Positions 25,611 through 37,595 of a stretch of DNA of 64,000 nucleotides are shown here, one piece after another. The DNA comes from Chiloscyllium plagiosum (taxonomy: Eukaryota), in assembly GCF_004010195.1 (NCBI RefSeq), contig NC_057733.1:13242586-13306585 (forward strand), read 5' to 3'. The notes beneath the pieces were generated by a model. The model was not told where the DNA came from. It did no database searches and saw nothing but the letters and a program-made list of their open reading frames with translations. The translations under genes and the position numbers were made by a program. Position 1 is the stretch's first letter. Every line of letters begins with the position of its first letter.

Positions 25611-25841
25611 GATTGTTGAGAAGATTTGTAGCTCAAGTTGATGGTAAGTATGTAAGTTAGCTCACTGACCTTGAAGGTTTATTTTTGAACGTTTTGTCAC
25701 CATACTAGATAACATCATCAGTGAGAGTCTCTGGTATACCACCAGCTCTTCACCAGCGATTCTCACTGATGATGTTACATAGTATGGTGATGAAACGTCT
25801 AAAATCAAACCTTACAGCTCAGTGAGCTAACTTACATACTT
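25611..25841. mobile_element. Palindromic Penelope-terminus-like insertion (different family) with hammerhead-like core
   Basis: ~90-bp inverted arms across 25646-25841; direct repeat TTGTACTTATC at 25600-25610 and 25842-25852; CTGATGA...GAAACGTC at 25766-25799. Confidence 0.75.
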
Positions 25842-26314
25842 TTGTACTTATCTTTAACATAAATGTAAAAGGAAATGGTATGGCATAATTACTTGTGCAA
25901 TGACAGAATCTACACCCTTCAAATCCTAGAGATATCGATTTATCTTGATCTTTGCTTTCTATTCTTCATGCTACTCATCATTTAATATATGACCACCTTC
26001 TCATTAATGCTTTGTGTCTTATAAGTGATCTATTCAACAGTCATAGGGCATAGACGTGAGAAAACCTCTTGGGAATGAATGAATTTTGTCACCTTCAGCA
26101 GCAGAAATGCAGAGGGAAGTGATTTGAGGTTGTGCTTCTGTGATCCAAGTATACAATTATCAATAGATCTTTATCAATATAACATTGTCTGGTGAAATGA
26201 GCAATAAAGAAACTTAATGATGCAATGAACTTTATTAGAGCTGGGCTATTTTTAAACCTATTTTTATTTTTTTCAGATAGTGGCAAGGTATGTGGACTTT
26301 AAGCTCATGAAAGA

Positions 26315-26909
26315 ATGGCAACTGACGCAGATGAGCCAAAAAAACTGAATTTTACTTTCGGTGTCATAGCAGACATTCAATACGCCAATACAGACAATGG
26401 TTATAATGGCACACGCACAATGAGACGTTATTACAGGAACAGCCTCCATTTACTGTGCAGTGCTGTCAGGGGATGGAATGAAGAAGTGAACACTCCCAGC
26501 TTTATTCTGCAGCTTGGAGACATCATTGATGGATGCAATTTGCAGCTAAAGTCCTCAGATCATGCACTTCAAGTGGTCTTAGATGAATTTTCAAAGTGTT
26601 CATCTCCTGTGCACCATATCTTGGGTAACCATGAATTGTATAATTTTGATAGGGAACTATTACTTAAATCAGCTCTCAATAGCACGTGCCTGGGAAACAA
26701 AGATAACAGCATTGAGACCTGGTCCAAACCTAATGACTCAGAGGCATTTTATGGCTACCATTTTAGTCCTTTCCCTAAGTTTCGATTCATAATCACCGAC
26801 TCATACGACCTTAGCATTTTGGGGAGGAAATATTCCAGCAAGAAACATCGTGATTCGATGGAAATATTGACGTCATACAACAAAAATGAAGATTTTAATA
26901 GCTCAAAAG
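26315..26909 (+). CDS. ADPRM: ADPRM copy B (tandem paralog), coding exon 1
   Basis: Acceptor tttttcag at 26276, ATG at 26315. Motifs FGVIADIQYAN, RRYYR, LQLGDIIDG, HHILGNHELYNF, FPKFRFII, NEDFNSSK. Phase-1 donor AAG|GTAATT. 595 nt. Confidence 0.95.
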
Positions 26910-26974
26910 GTAATTTAAGGTTACATCTATATGCACTGTTATCGGGTGACCATAAAGTTTTATTCAATTAACTG

Positions 26975-27225
26975 ATAGAGTCTAGAGATGTACAGCACGG
27001 AAACAGACCCTTTGGTCCAACCTGTCCATGCCAACCAGATACCCAACCCAATCCAGTCCCATCTGCCAGCACCCAGTCCATATCCCTCCAAACCCTTTCT
27101 ATTCATATACCCATCCAGATGCCTTTTAAATGCTGTAATTGTACCGGCCTACACCACTTCCTCTGGCAGCTCATTCCATAGACGTACCACCCTCTGCGTG
27201 AAAAAGTTGCCCTTTTGGTCTCTTT
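26975..27225 (-). mobile_element. CR1/HER1 3' terminal fragment
   Basis: AGAGATGTACAGCACGGAAACAGACCC...TCCACCACC/GAAAAAGTTGCC antisense 3' end shared with other CR1 copies in the window. Confidence 0.8.
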
Positions 27226-27467
27226 TACCCAAGTTTTATATTACACAGATGATGACAAGGGATGTGAAATTTAAAATGCTGAGAGAGACAACTGAAATAG
27301 ATGAGGGTAAAACACATTGAATGTTACTTGCTGATTTGAGTTGGGGCAGGATGTATTGTCAATTAAACCAAGCTTGTTTCACCTTCATCCTTATTGATTT
27401 CAATTCATGGGCAATGTACTTAATCTATTTATCTTGCTTATATGTAGACTTTATACTTCTTTATATT

Positions 27468-27650
27468 TGGAGGCAGTGAGGTTTGCAGATGCTAGAGATC
27501 AGAGTTGAGACTATGTTGCTGGAAAAGCACAGCACGTCAGGCAGCATCCAAGGAGCAGGAGATTCGACGTTTTGGGCTGGAAACGTCGATTTTCCTGCTT
27601 CTTGGATGCTGCCTGACCTGCTGTGCTTTTCCAGCAACACACTCTCAACT
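27468..27650. mobile_element. Palindromic Penelope-terminus-derived insertion
   Basis: Same inverted arms as 3257-3716. Confidence 0.7.
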
Positions 27651-28069
27651 TATTTATATTTATCTGCCCATGTCCTACCTTAGTTCATGTATCGGACACA
27701 ATTTTATTGCAAACTTCAAGGGTCCTAACATCGGGCCTAATTAAAGGTATCAGACTGTTGCATGGATAGTCCCAGAGGAAGCTGCCTAACCAGTCTGTTC
27801 TGAACTCACTGAACTAATAAAGGCAGAGTGGGATGTATGTGGATCTCAGTTTGGCCCATCAGAATGCTGGCATGCCTAAAGCCTCTGTTAGAAAAGGTGG
27901 ATCCTACTGACACAGGTCTGAGAGCGTGGAGGAGCCCTCAGAGGGATCAATATAATTTAAAGCAGTGTATCTCCTTCCAACTCACTTGAACAGGACACCG
28001 GTGTCACTGGCATCGTCATTGTGCACCCTCATTATACTGGACCTGGGCATAGTGCTCACTTGTTACTAC

Positions 28070-28230
28070 TTCTCCCTTACTGTTCTGCTGGTCACTCCCC
28101 TGTTGCTGCCTCTCCCTTCCTGTTCTGATGGTCACTCCCTTGTTCCTGCCTCTCCCTTACTGTTCTGCTGGTCTCTCCTATGTTGCTGCCTCTCCCTTCC
28201 TGTTCTGCTGGTCACAGCCCTTGTTGTTGC
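28070..28230. repeat. Minisatellite, ~39-bp unit, ~4 copies
   Basis: CTGCCTCTCCCTT(C/A)CTGTTCTG(C/A)TGGTCACTCCC..TGTT(G/C) repeated. Confidence 0.85.
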
Positions 28231-28602
28231 CTTGTTTGCTATTGTCCTCACCACTGCCTACCATCCTCCAATGCTCACCATTTTCCTCATCCATCATCAG
28301 TGGCCACCTTTAACCCCCTCCGCCCCTCCTCAGCTTCCCTCTCCTCACTATCCCACTGGCCGCATCCTTCACTGCCCAGCTCAAGGACCAAGACAGTGAG
28401 TGAGGGCCCAAAGGGCTTTTGCTGATCACTCCCTCAGTCTTTGTGTTTGCCTTTTTACCCAGAAGTGCTATCACACGCAAGTCAGCGACTTTCCCACCAC
28501 CAAATAGCCATGATGTTTTTTGTTAAATCACTCCTCTCGTTCAACAGTTCTCTAACTCATTTCAGGGGCACCAGGCTGCTATGCGAAATAAGCCTTAAGT
28601 AT

Positions 28603-28930
28603 GGAGTCACGGTGGCACAGTGGTTAGCACTGCTGCCTCACAGCGCCAGAGACCCGGGATCAATTCCCGCCTCAGGCGACTGACTGTGTGAAGTTTGCAC
28701 ATTCTCCCCGTGTCTGCGTGGGTTTCCTCCGGGTGCTCTGGTTTCCTCCCACAGTCCAAAGATGTGCAGGTCAGGTGAATTGGACATGCTAAATTGCCCG
28801 TAGTGTTAGGTGAAGGGGAAAAAGTAGGGGTATGGGTATGTTACGCTTCGGTGGGTCGGTGTGGACTTGTTGGGCCAAAGGGCCTGTTTCCACACTGTAA
28901 GTAATCTAATCTGTAAGTAATCTAATCTAA
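28603..28930 (+). mobile_element. HE1-type SINE, relatively young
   Basis: CACGGTGGCACAGTGGTTAGCACTGCTGCCTCACAGCGCCAGAGACCCGGG; CpGs retained; tail (TGTAAGTAATCTAATC)x2. Confidence 0.88.
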
Positions 28931-30474
28931 ACAGGTCCTGCAACTTTCCTGGCAGTGATACTGCAGTTGCACGGCTGGTGACGGTGTCTCCCACAGTTGC
29001 ATTGCAACAAATACCATTTGTTTAAATTAGTTGCCTGTCTTAGCTCAGTGTGCAGCCGAGCTGCACCTGGTCCTACTGTTGGTAGACTTTCTAAGTAGTG
29101 AGACGGCATGGAGCATCATCTTCAATTAGCTCCTGGCTATTTTTTTTGTCTCAGGCACTTCCCTCGCAGCAGTTGTGATTGATTTAATACAATCTGAAAA
29201 TTAATCACTTCACACTGAATTTCTGAATCCAGTTAATTTGAATTGCTTTTGGTCCCAACAGTATCCCCATTCAATATTTCACACTGCTACGATCCCTCCA
29301 GTTCTGATATAAGTGCTTTAGTGCCCAATACCTTTGCTGCATGCACCTCAGCCAGTTTCATCGTTATTCCTATGATTTTCCAATCTCCTTGTTTAGCTTT
29401 TAGTTTAATTCATTGATTATTCCCCTGTGTGATTTGAAATTCAAGCATAGCACATAATATGTCTTCATTATGTGGATTGTTAATTTTTCAGGAATATCAT
29501 GGAGGTTGGTCAGGTAGTATTTTCTTTTAAATCAATGCAGACTGTTGTTAATTAAGTTATTGGTACAGGGCAGTGTACCCAATAATCTAGCCACGTGGAG
29601 CCAGTTGCTTTTAGTAAATCAGAAATGAATAACAGCACCATTTTGGACACACAGTGCAAGTGTACATTAACCTTTTTGTGCCTTTTTATGCAAATGAAAT
29701 TTTGTCAATTCATTATAAGGGGATTCAAGTAATAGTAAAGAAGTATTGCAATAACAACTGTACAGGGAATTTTTGACACCATTCTAGAATACTCTTTAAT
29801 TTTGCTTTCCATATTTAAGAAAGCCTGCATTGGAGACAGTACAGTGAAAATTCACTAGATTGGGTAATCTTCTCATCCCAGGGACCAATGACAAGAGGCT
29901 GAGTAAATTGTGTCTGTATTCACTGAAGTTTGGAAGAATGTCATGATAACACTGAAACATTTCAAGACTATGAAAAGACTTGATAAGGTAGATACTGAGT
30001 TGCTGTTTCTCCTGGCTAGGCATTTAGGGTAAGAGGGCACAACTTCAGGATAAGAGGCTGAGATAAAGAAAAATATATCTCCATTTAAAAGGTTGTGGAT
30101 CTCAGGAATTCTGTATCCAGAGGGCTACGGATGTATATAATCATTAAATTAATTTAAATTTGGAATAGGTAAATTTACTCTTGCTTCTACTTATGTTTGT
30201 TGGTGTGGTGATAATGCAAAAGACAGTACATGGTTATCACATTGGAGGCTATATTTCAGCTCTTCTGTCTTTGCTCCACTGAGAATGAGTACAGAAGGAT
30301 GGAATTTTATTTTCAAAACCTCAAACCATGACGTTGAAAGTATGGAATAACGACAAACTCCTGCAAAATCTCCATGAAATAGCAATGGCTATTGTAGCTT
30401 TATTGTCTGTCTCTAACTGGCCTTGAACTGAGTAGCTTGCTAAGTTGTTTCAGAAGGCAGTTGACAGTCAATCA

Positions 30475-31335
30475 CGTAGAATCATAGCGTTGTACAGCTT
30501 AGAAACAGACTCTTTGGTCCAACTCACCCATGCTGACCAGATAACCCAAATTAATTTAGTCCAATTACCTTCTAGACTCTTCCCATTCATTTGTACCAGT
30601 ATCCATCACTTACTCTGGCAGCTCATTCCATACATGCAATACTCTCTGCATCAAAATGTTGCCCCTTAGGTCCCTTTTATCTCTTTCTCCCATCACTTTA
30701 AACCTATGGCCTCTAGTTCTGCACTCCCCTATTCTGGGAAAAAGACTTTGGCTTTTTACTCTATCCATGTCCTCGTGATTTTATAAACCTCTATAAGGTT
30801 ACCCCTCAGCCTCCAATGATCTGGGGAAAACAGCCCCAAACCTATTCGGCCTCTCCTTATAGCTCAAACCCTCCAACCCTGGCAACATCCTTGTAAATCT
30901 TTTGTGCACCTAACAGGAAGACCAGAATTGAATGCAATGGTCTAACCAGTGTCTTGAACAGTCGCAACACTCAATGCACTGACCAATAAACACAAATGTA
31001 TCAAACGCCTTCTTTACTACCCTGTCTACCTGTGACTCCACCTTCAAGCGACTATGAACCTGCACCCCAAGGTCTCTTTTTTTGGCAACACTCCCCAGGA
31101 CCTACCATTAAGTGTATAAGTCCTGCCCTGATTTGCCTTTACAAAAGGCAATACCTCACATTTTTCTAAATTAAACTCCATCTGCCACTCCTCGGCCTAT
31201 TGGCTTATCTGATCAAGGTCCTTATGTACTCTAGGATAACCTTCACTGTCCACTACACCACCAATTTCAGTGTCATCTGCAAACTTACTAACCATTCCTC
31301 CTACACACCCATTCAAATCATTTATGTAAATGACA
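30475..31335 (-). mobile_element. CR1/HER1 LINE 3' fragment
   Basis: Antisense CR1 blocks CCCCTCAGCCTCC, CCTGGCAACATCCTTGTAAAT and GTCATCTGCAAACTTACTAA. Confidence 0.8.
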
Positions 31336-31757
31336 GCTGTGGGTCTGGAGTCACATGTAAGCCAGACCAGGTGAGGTTGGCAGATTTCCTTCCCTGAAGG
31401 ACATTAGTGAATCAGATACATGTTTCCAACAGTCAGCAATAGCTTCATGTTTATCTTTAGATTCTTAATTCCAAATGTTTTTTAAAAATTGAACTCAATT
31501 CCATCATCTGCCTGGGTCTTTGAACCTGGATCCTCAGAACATTTGCTGAGTTTCTGGGTGAATAGTACAGCAAAAATATCATTAAGCCATTGCCTCCACA
31601 AATTAATTTGAATTAGGGAATTAGTTTGTGTGGGGAAGAACCAAATACTAAAAAAGAGTACGTCTCCCAGTGGCGTTTCAAAAATGTGATGAGTTTTCAT
31701 ATGTTCAAAATCATTACAAATTTAAAACTGAAAAGTTCTAAAATATTTCATCAACAG

Positions 31758-31880
31758 GGCTCCATGGGCTGGAAAAACGTTTTGTGGCGTTTAATGGAGG
31801 TTTCAGTAAGGAACAGCTGGATTGGCTGAACAAAATATTAACTTTCTCAGATCGTAACCAGGAGAAGGTTACAATTGCTG
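31758..31880 (+). CDS. ADPRM: ADPRM copy B, coding exon 2
   Basis: caacag| (G)[40 protein letters not shown] |gtaggt; 123 nt, same length and phase as copy A. Confidence 0.95.
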
Positions 31881-33377
31881 GTAGGTGCTGGTTATATAAA
31901 ATCACAACGTATTCAATTCAGAGTATATAGCTACACAATGGTATCAATGGGATAAAATTATAGACTTAGCAAGATTTTGTCAGTAAACATTAAACACATT
32001 CTTTAGAAATGAGGTTCTAATCTTATTACAAACAACAAAAAGAAAAAAATTCTCCTATTTCTTTAGAGCTTTGTGATTTCTTTAACAATGGAAATCATCA
32101 TAAATTTGCTAACTTTAATTTTCCTCTCAATGCAACTTGCTCTTTAACATTTTAACAAATGATGTATGATATGCAATACTGCACCTAAAACTCAAATTTT
32201 CTTTTCCATCACTGGTTTTAATTTTCTGGTGTTAACAAATAGAACTCAAGCAATATTGTTCATTATTCTGGCCTGCACTGTGATCCTTAAAAGAGGAAGG
32301 CTTAAAACTGCGAGATCACCTAAAATCCCAAAATTTGTTTTTCTGTAATTTATTCATGGTGTATGGGCATTGCTGGCAAGATAAACATTTATTGCCCATC
32401 CTGTTTACCCTTGAAAAGGTTGTAGTGAGTTGATTTCTTGAACTGCTGCAGTTGATTTAGTGTGGGTTGACCACCAGTGTTGTTAGAGAGTGAGTTACCT
32501 CCTGGTGACACTGAAGGAATGACGGTATATTTCCAAGTTCTGGATGATAAACGGTTTGGAGTCCAACTTGCAGGCAGTGGGGTTCCCAGGGATCTACTGT
32601 CTTGTCTTCTCGGATGGTATGGTCGTGAGTTTGGAAGGTGCTAAGGAGAGTCAGTAATATCTTAAGTGCATTTTGTAGATGGAGGAACCTTAGTGGTGGT
32701 GGTATTCCCGTGCACTTGCTGCCCTAATCTTTCTAGTTGGTAGAAGTCACAAGTTCAGCTTTTTGACTTAAGCTGTAACCTTCAACCTACCTAGAAACCC
32801 CAGTTTCCACCTCTTTGAACAAGGACCGCAGTCTTATTATTTGTTTCTAAGATGGGAGAACAAAATCAAAACAATTCCCGGCTCCACAGGCATAACTCAT
32901 GAGAAAGTGGCTGGGAATGTGAGGTTTTCATTTCAGCGAGGTAGGAGTTCCTTGGGAGTTAAGGCTTGGTGAACCTGGAAGGTGAGCAGAGGGTGCTGTG
33001 TGCAGAAGTGTGCTGAATGGGAGGCGTATCTCCATACATGGGCACTGTTACCTAGCCATGCACCAGAATCACATAGGGGTGGAGATAGCTGCTGATTCAT
33101 ATAGATATGAAATGTGACCCACCTTCATTCCTACAGCCACAGAAATGATGTCCGTCAGAATTGGTAACTAGCTTCTTGTAGCGTTGTACATTCTAATCAA
33201 ATTTTGCTCTTTGTGAATTGTTGTGAAACATCAATTAAAATTTCTATTTCTATTGTCACTATTTGTCAAGGTAACCATAACCTATAAAGTAAAAGCCAAA
33301 GAATTGCAGATGCTGGAAATCTGAAACAAAAACAGAAATTTGAGTTATGAAGAAGGGTCACTGGACTGGAATATTAA

Positions 33378-33735
33378 TCATAGAATCCCTACAGTGCAGA
33401 AGCAGGACATTGGGCCCATCAAGTCTACACTAACTCTCCAAACAGCATCCCATCTGGATCAATTCCCCCACCCTATCCCTGTAACCAATCATTTCCTATG
33501 GCTAACCCACTGAGCCTGCACATTCCTGGATACTATGGGCAATTTAGCAGGGCCATTCAACCTAACCAGCACATCTTTGGCCCCGTGGGAAGAAACTGGA
33601 GTACCTGGTGGAAACACACACAGACACAGGGAGAATGTGCAAACTCCACACAGATAGTTGCCTGAGGCTGGAATTAAACATGGGCCCCTGGCACTGTGAG
33701 GCAGCAGTGCTAACCACTGAGCCACTGTGCTGCCC
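33378..33735 (-). mobile_element. HE1-type SINE
   Basis: Antisense of the A/B-box head and central domain (GCAGCAGTGCTAACCACTGAGCCACTGTGCTGCCC). Confidence 0.85.
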
Positions 33736-34369
33736 TAACTCTGCTTTCTGACCATGGTTGATGTCAGTCCTGCTGAATTTTTCCAGCAATTTCTGTTTTT
33801 GTAACAATAGGCTATCTTTGACTATGGCTGTAATACAGCAATAGCCTCTTTTGCCATTCACCTGTGTTAAACAATAAAGTGAGACTGTACACCCTGATAT
33901 GCCTCCAAATTCCCCACACCTGCCTTTGTCCCTTAATATATTTAAATACGAAAAATGTCTCAATCACAGATTTAAAATTTAGAATCAATTTAATATTAGC
34001 TGCTGTTTGCAGAACAGAGTTCTACTGAGTGTATTCCTACCTCACTCCTACAGGGTCTTGCTTTGACTTCAGACCATATCCCTTTGTCCTAGATTGTCCA
34101 ATAAGAAAGCTCCTGTTTCTCTACCTGCTTCTTTTCATAGCTTGAGAATGTTAAGCAAAACACCCCTCAACTTTCTAATGTCTAGACAGAACAACCCTAG
34201 TTTGTATAACCTCTTCTCCAAAATTAACCCTTGCAGGCTAGTTATCATTCTTATAAATCCATGCTGTATTCCCTCCAATGTCAATATACTTCAGCTCATT
34301 AAGGATATTCTCATGATGCTCCAGGTACGGTCTTATCAGTATAGCTAAGATGGATCTTTCAGAATGAAT

Positions 34370-34642
34370 AGATTAGATTCCCTACAGTGTGGAAACAGGC
34401 CCTTCGCCCCAACAAGTCCATATCAACCCTCTGAAGAGTGACGCACTTTCCCCTCTGACTAATGCACCTAACACCATGGGTAATTTAACATGGCCTGCAC
34501 ATCTTTGGACTGTGGGAGGAAACCCACGCAGACACAGACAGAATGTGCAAACTCCACACAGACAGTCACCTGAGGCTGGGATCGAATCTGGGACCCTGAT
34601 GCTGTGAGGCAGCAGTGCTAACCACTGAGCCACTATGCCACC
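34370..34642 (-). mobile_element. HE1-type SINE
   Basis: Antisense of the head (GCAGCAGTGCTAACCACTGAGCCAC) and the TAGATTAGATTCCC tail. Confidence 0.85.
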
Positions 34643-35002
34643 CCCTTTATTTCAGTTCACTGGAGATAAAGGCCAGCAGAAGTCCATTAGTGTTTTTTTT
34701 GTAAGTGATTGTCAAATACGGCCCCATTTACTTTATATCAAATCCTTAGAAACAGTTAGATACCCTTAGAAATAAGTTACAGATTATAGGGCTCAGCTGT
34801 CAAACAGTGAAGTTCCCAAATGGCACAAACATTTCCTGAAGTTATTCCCTGATCAAATCAGCAATATGATTTATGTCAGCTTTCATGTGTGATATCTGAA
34901 GACCCTGCTGTCTGATCCGGTATTGTCAGGTCAACTGGATTTGACTGCTGTCAATTTCGTACTTCAGAGCAGACAAATAAAACTGTTGTATTTTTATTGC
35001 AG

Positions 35003-35298
35003 CTCATGTTCCAATCCATCCACAGTCTACAAATTCACATGGGATTGCATGGAACTACGATGAGATCCTGTCGGTGTTGCATGCACACACGAGTGTTGTG
35101 TGTTTTCTGGCTGGACATGATCACAATGGAGCTTATTGCTTGGATTGCCATGGAATTCACCATCTTACACTCGAAGGTGTGATTGAAACACCACCAGAGA
35201 GCCATGCATTTGGAACTATCTATGTATATGATGACAGAATGATTGTCAAGGGAAGAGGCAGGATTCAGGACAGGATTCTTCACTACAAGAAAATCTGA
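35003..35298 (+). CDS. ADPRM: ADPRM copy B, last coding exon (spliced CDS 1014 nt, 337 aa)
   Basis: ttattgcag| (A)HVPIHPQSTNSHGIAWNY...AGHDHNGAY...LEGVIETPPESHAFG...GRGRIQDRILHYKKI*. 595+123+296=1014 with no frameshift or premature stop. Confidence 0.95.
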
Positions 35299-37304
35299 AT
35301 CAAATAATCTTTAGCTCATCATAGAAATGTTAATGTTCTGTACCATGTGAATACATTGAAAAAACAAGTGGGATCAAAATTAGATCATCACCTGTTAAAT
35401 ATAGTAGCACCTACAGATTAAAATCTCAGATCCGAAAAGAGTGACGCATTCTGTTGTGTGTCAAGTGTGTGTGTCTTTAATTCAAGATTGTGCTAACAGT
35501 TGACAAATTAGCTTTCTGCCTCATATAATCAAATCTTGTCCCAGGTTTCTTGCTCACTTTCTGATTTGAAAAGTTTTGCTTTCAAGTCTTACTCAACATT
35601 TCAGCACATAATCTTCGAACAGTATCAGTGCTGCATTATGAGAGGTAATACCTGATAAACTAAGGCAATTTTTTTGAAAAGCTGGAGAACTCAAGGGTCC
35701 TGGTCAATTTTCATCCCTGAACCAGCATCACCAACCAAAAATAAGTCTCTGTTCATTAGCCACTTAGTGTTTGTGGGAACATGGCTGCTGTGTTGCCTTT
35801 AAATTAAAATAGTGACTAATCATGGTTAAATGCCTTGGGACAAGCTGAACTCAGAAAGGCCAGTATAAAAATGCAGAAGTTCTCTTTTCTGAGAAATCTT
35901 GAAACATGTTTAACATTCTCACAAGGCTTCCATTTGACATGTGATTGACAATCAGCTGATTTGGAATCGTAGCTATGTAGCATGATATTGGAAGGACCAG
36001 CCAGAGTATAGATAGCATTTTCAGTGTTCTGAGGCAGGGCAATCCTAACAGCACAAATGGAGTAAAATATAACATTTTACAATTTATCATTTTATTTTTC
36101 TCACTTTATAGTTGTGATATGTTCATTCTTTTCAACTAAAATTAGGCCATTGCTTGTTTGGTAGTAGAACCGTTATAGATTGTAAATTAGATAGATTTCT
36201 AGATAACTAGCAAATTCAAATTGAGGAAGTGCCTGACAATATAGATCAGTACTTAAAGCTTTGACTGAAAAGTTTACTATTAACTTATTCATAAACAAGT
36301 TCACTTTTGTCCTTGTGTAGAGACAAATAACAATGTGGAAGGTAAATACTCTCTCCAGCACATCCAATCTCAAATGATGTGTCTGAAAACAGAATCAAAC
36401 ATTCCAAAGGCTTCAAAATAAATTTCAGATACTTGTCAAAAGACTCACATCCTGTGAATCAATTTTTGAAAGTCTGATCAGCTGAAATCTGATTTTGTGA
36501 GGTTGTTTTGTTTACACTTGTCTCTGTTCTATTCAATAGATTTAAAAAAAAAACATTTTTCTCTCTCTCTAGAGCATAATTGTCTCTCTGAAGTTAACAG
36601 TAGTAAGAATCATTTTTGGAAAGCAGTGGCCCAGATTGAGGTCAGCATTCACTGTTATCCTCAAAGAAAGCTCCCCACAAAAATCTAGCAATCTTTGTAG
36701 ACTTCCACTTTCCAACATCTGTTTGAATCTGCTTCCCAGTTAAGGGAAATCTCCACGTTTCCGTAACAGCAGTATCACTGAGCAGGTTAAGCAGAACACA
36801 TCAGGATTCTCAGATGAAGAGTGAACTCGGAAGTAAAATGCACAAGATATGATCTTTACATTTTAATTAAATTTCACAAAGTGCAAAATAAATAATTAAA
36901 ACAGATACATGGAATTGAAGGTACAATACATTTACTCAATAAAAATGAGAAAACAAATGTGACTTTTATCATAATCGAGAAATCCAAAATTTGGTAAATA
37001 AAAAAACGTTTTTCAGGGCTAGTGAGGTTTATAAGCAATACTTTTAACTTAAGATTCCATTTCAAAAGGTGTTCAACTAGATATTTTAAATTCACTTTAG
37101 TTTGTATTTGAGCAGGTCATGCCCAGCCTTAGTCATCACTCATGTTAAGCACATTTGTGGGACAAAAAGTGTTCAAAGTTTGGAAATGACTGAATAAAAT
37201 GATTTCCGTGTGAGTTAGATTTGGTGAGACAAGCACCGAAATATGACATCAAGCTTACAACTGCAGTAATCAGCAAGATTGTGTAAAAGGAATATCATTA
37301 TATG

Positions 37305-37595
37305 GGGTGGTACAGTGACTCAGTTGTTAGCACTGCTGCTTCATAGCACCAGGGACCTGGGTTCGATTCCAGCCTTAGCTGACTGACTGTCTGTGTGGAG
37401 TTTGCACATCTGTGCGGGTTTCCTCCCACATTCCATGACAAAATGTGCAGGTCAGGTGAATTGGTCCTGCTAAACTGCCCGTAATGTTAGGAGCATTAGT
37501 CTGAGGGAAATGGGTCTGGGTGGGTTACTCTTTGGAGGGTCGGTGTGGACTTGTTGAGGCAAATGGCCTGTTTCCACACTGTAGGGAATCTAATT
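37305..37595 (+). mobile_element. HE1-type SINE between the convergent ADPRM copy B and TMEM220 3' ends
   Basis: GTTAGCACTGCTGC...GGGTTCGATTCC...GGCCTGTTTCCACACTGTAGGGAATCTA. Confidence 0.85.

Noticed and set aside
27965-28399. Hydrophobic 144-aa ORF as a membrane protein
   Set aside because: It arises from a pyrimidine-rich 39-bp minisatellite and is open in all three frames; no splice or homology support.
28603-28690. tRNA gene-like sequences (also ~7460, ~12325, ~33700, ~34600, ~37310, ~42200)
   Set aside because: A/B boxes continue into SINE body and LINE-like tails; these are SINE heads, not tRNA genes.
26315-35298. Copy B as a pseudogene or haplotig/assembly duplicate
   Set aside because: The frame is intact, splice sites are canonical, differences in conserved blocks are largely synonymous, and the introns are unrelated to copy A.
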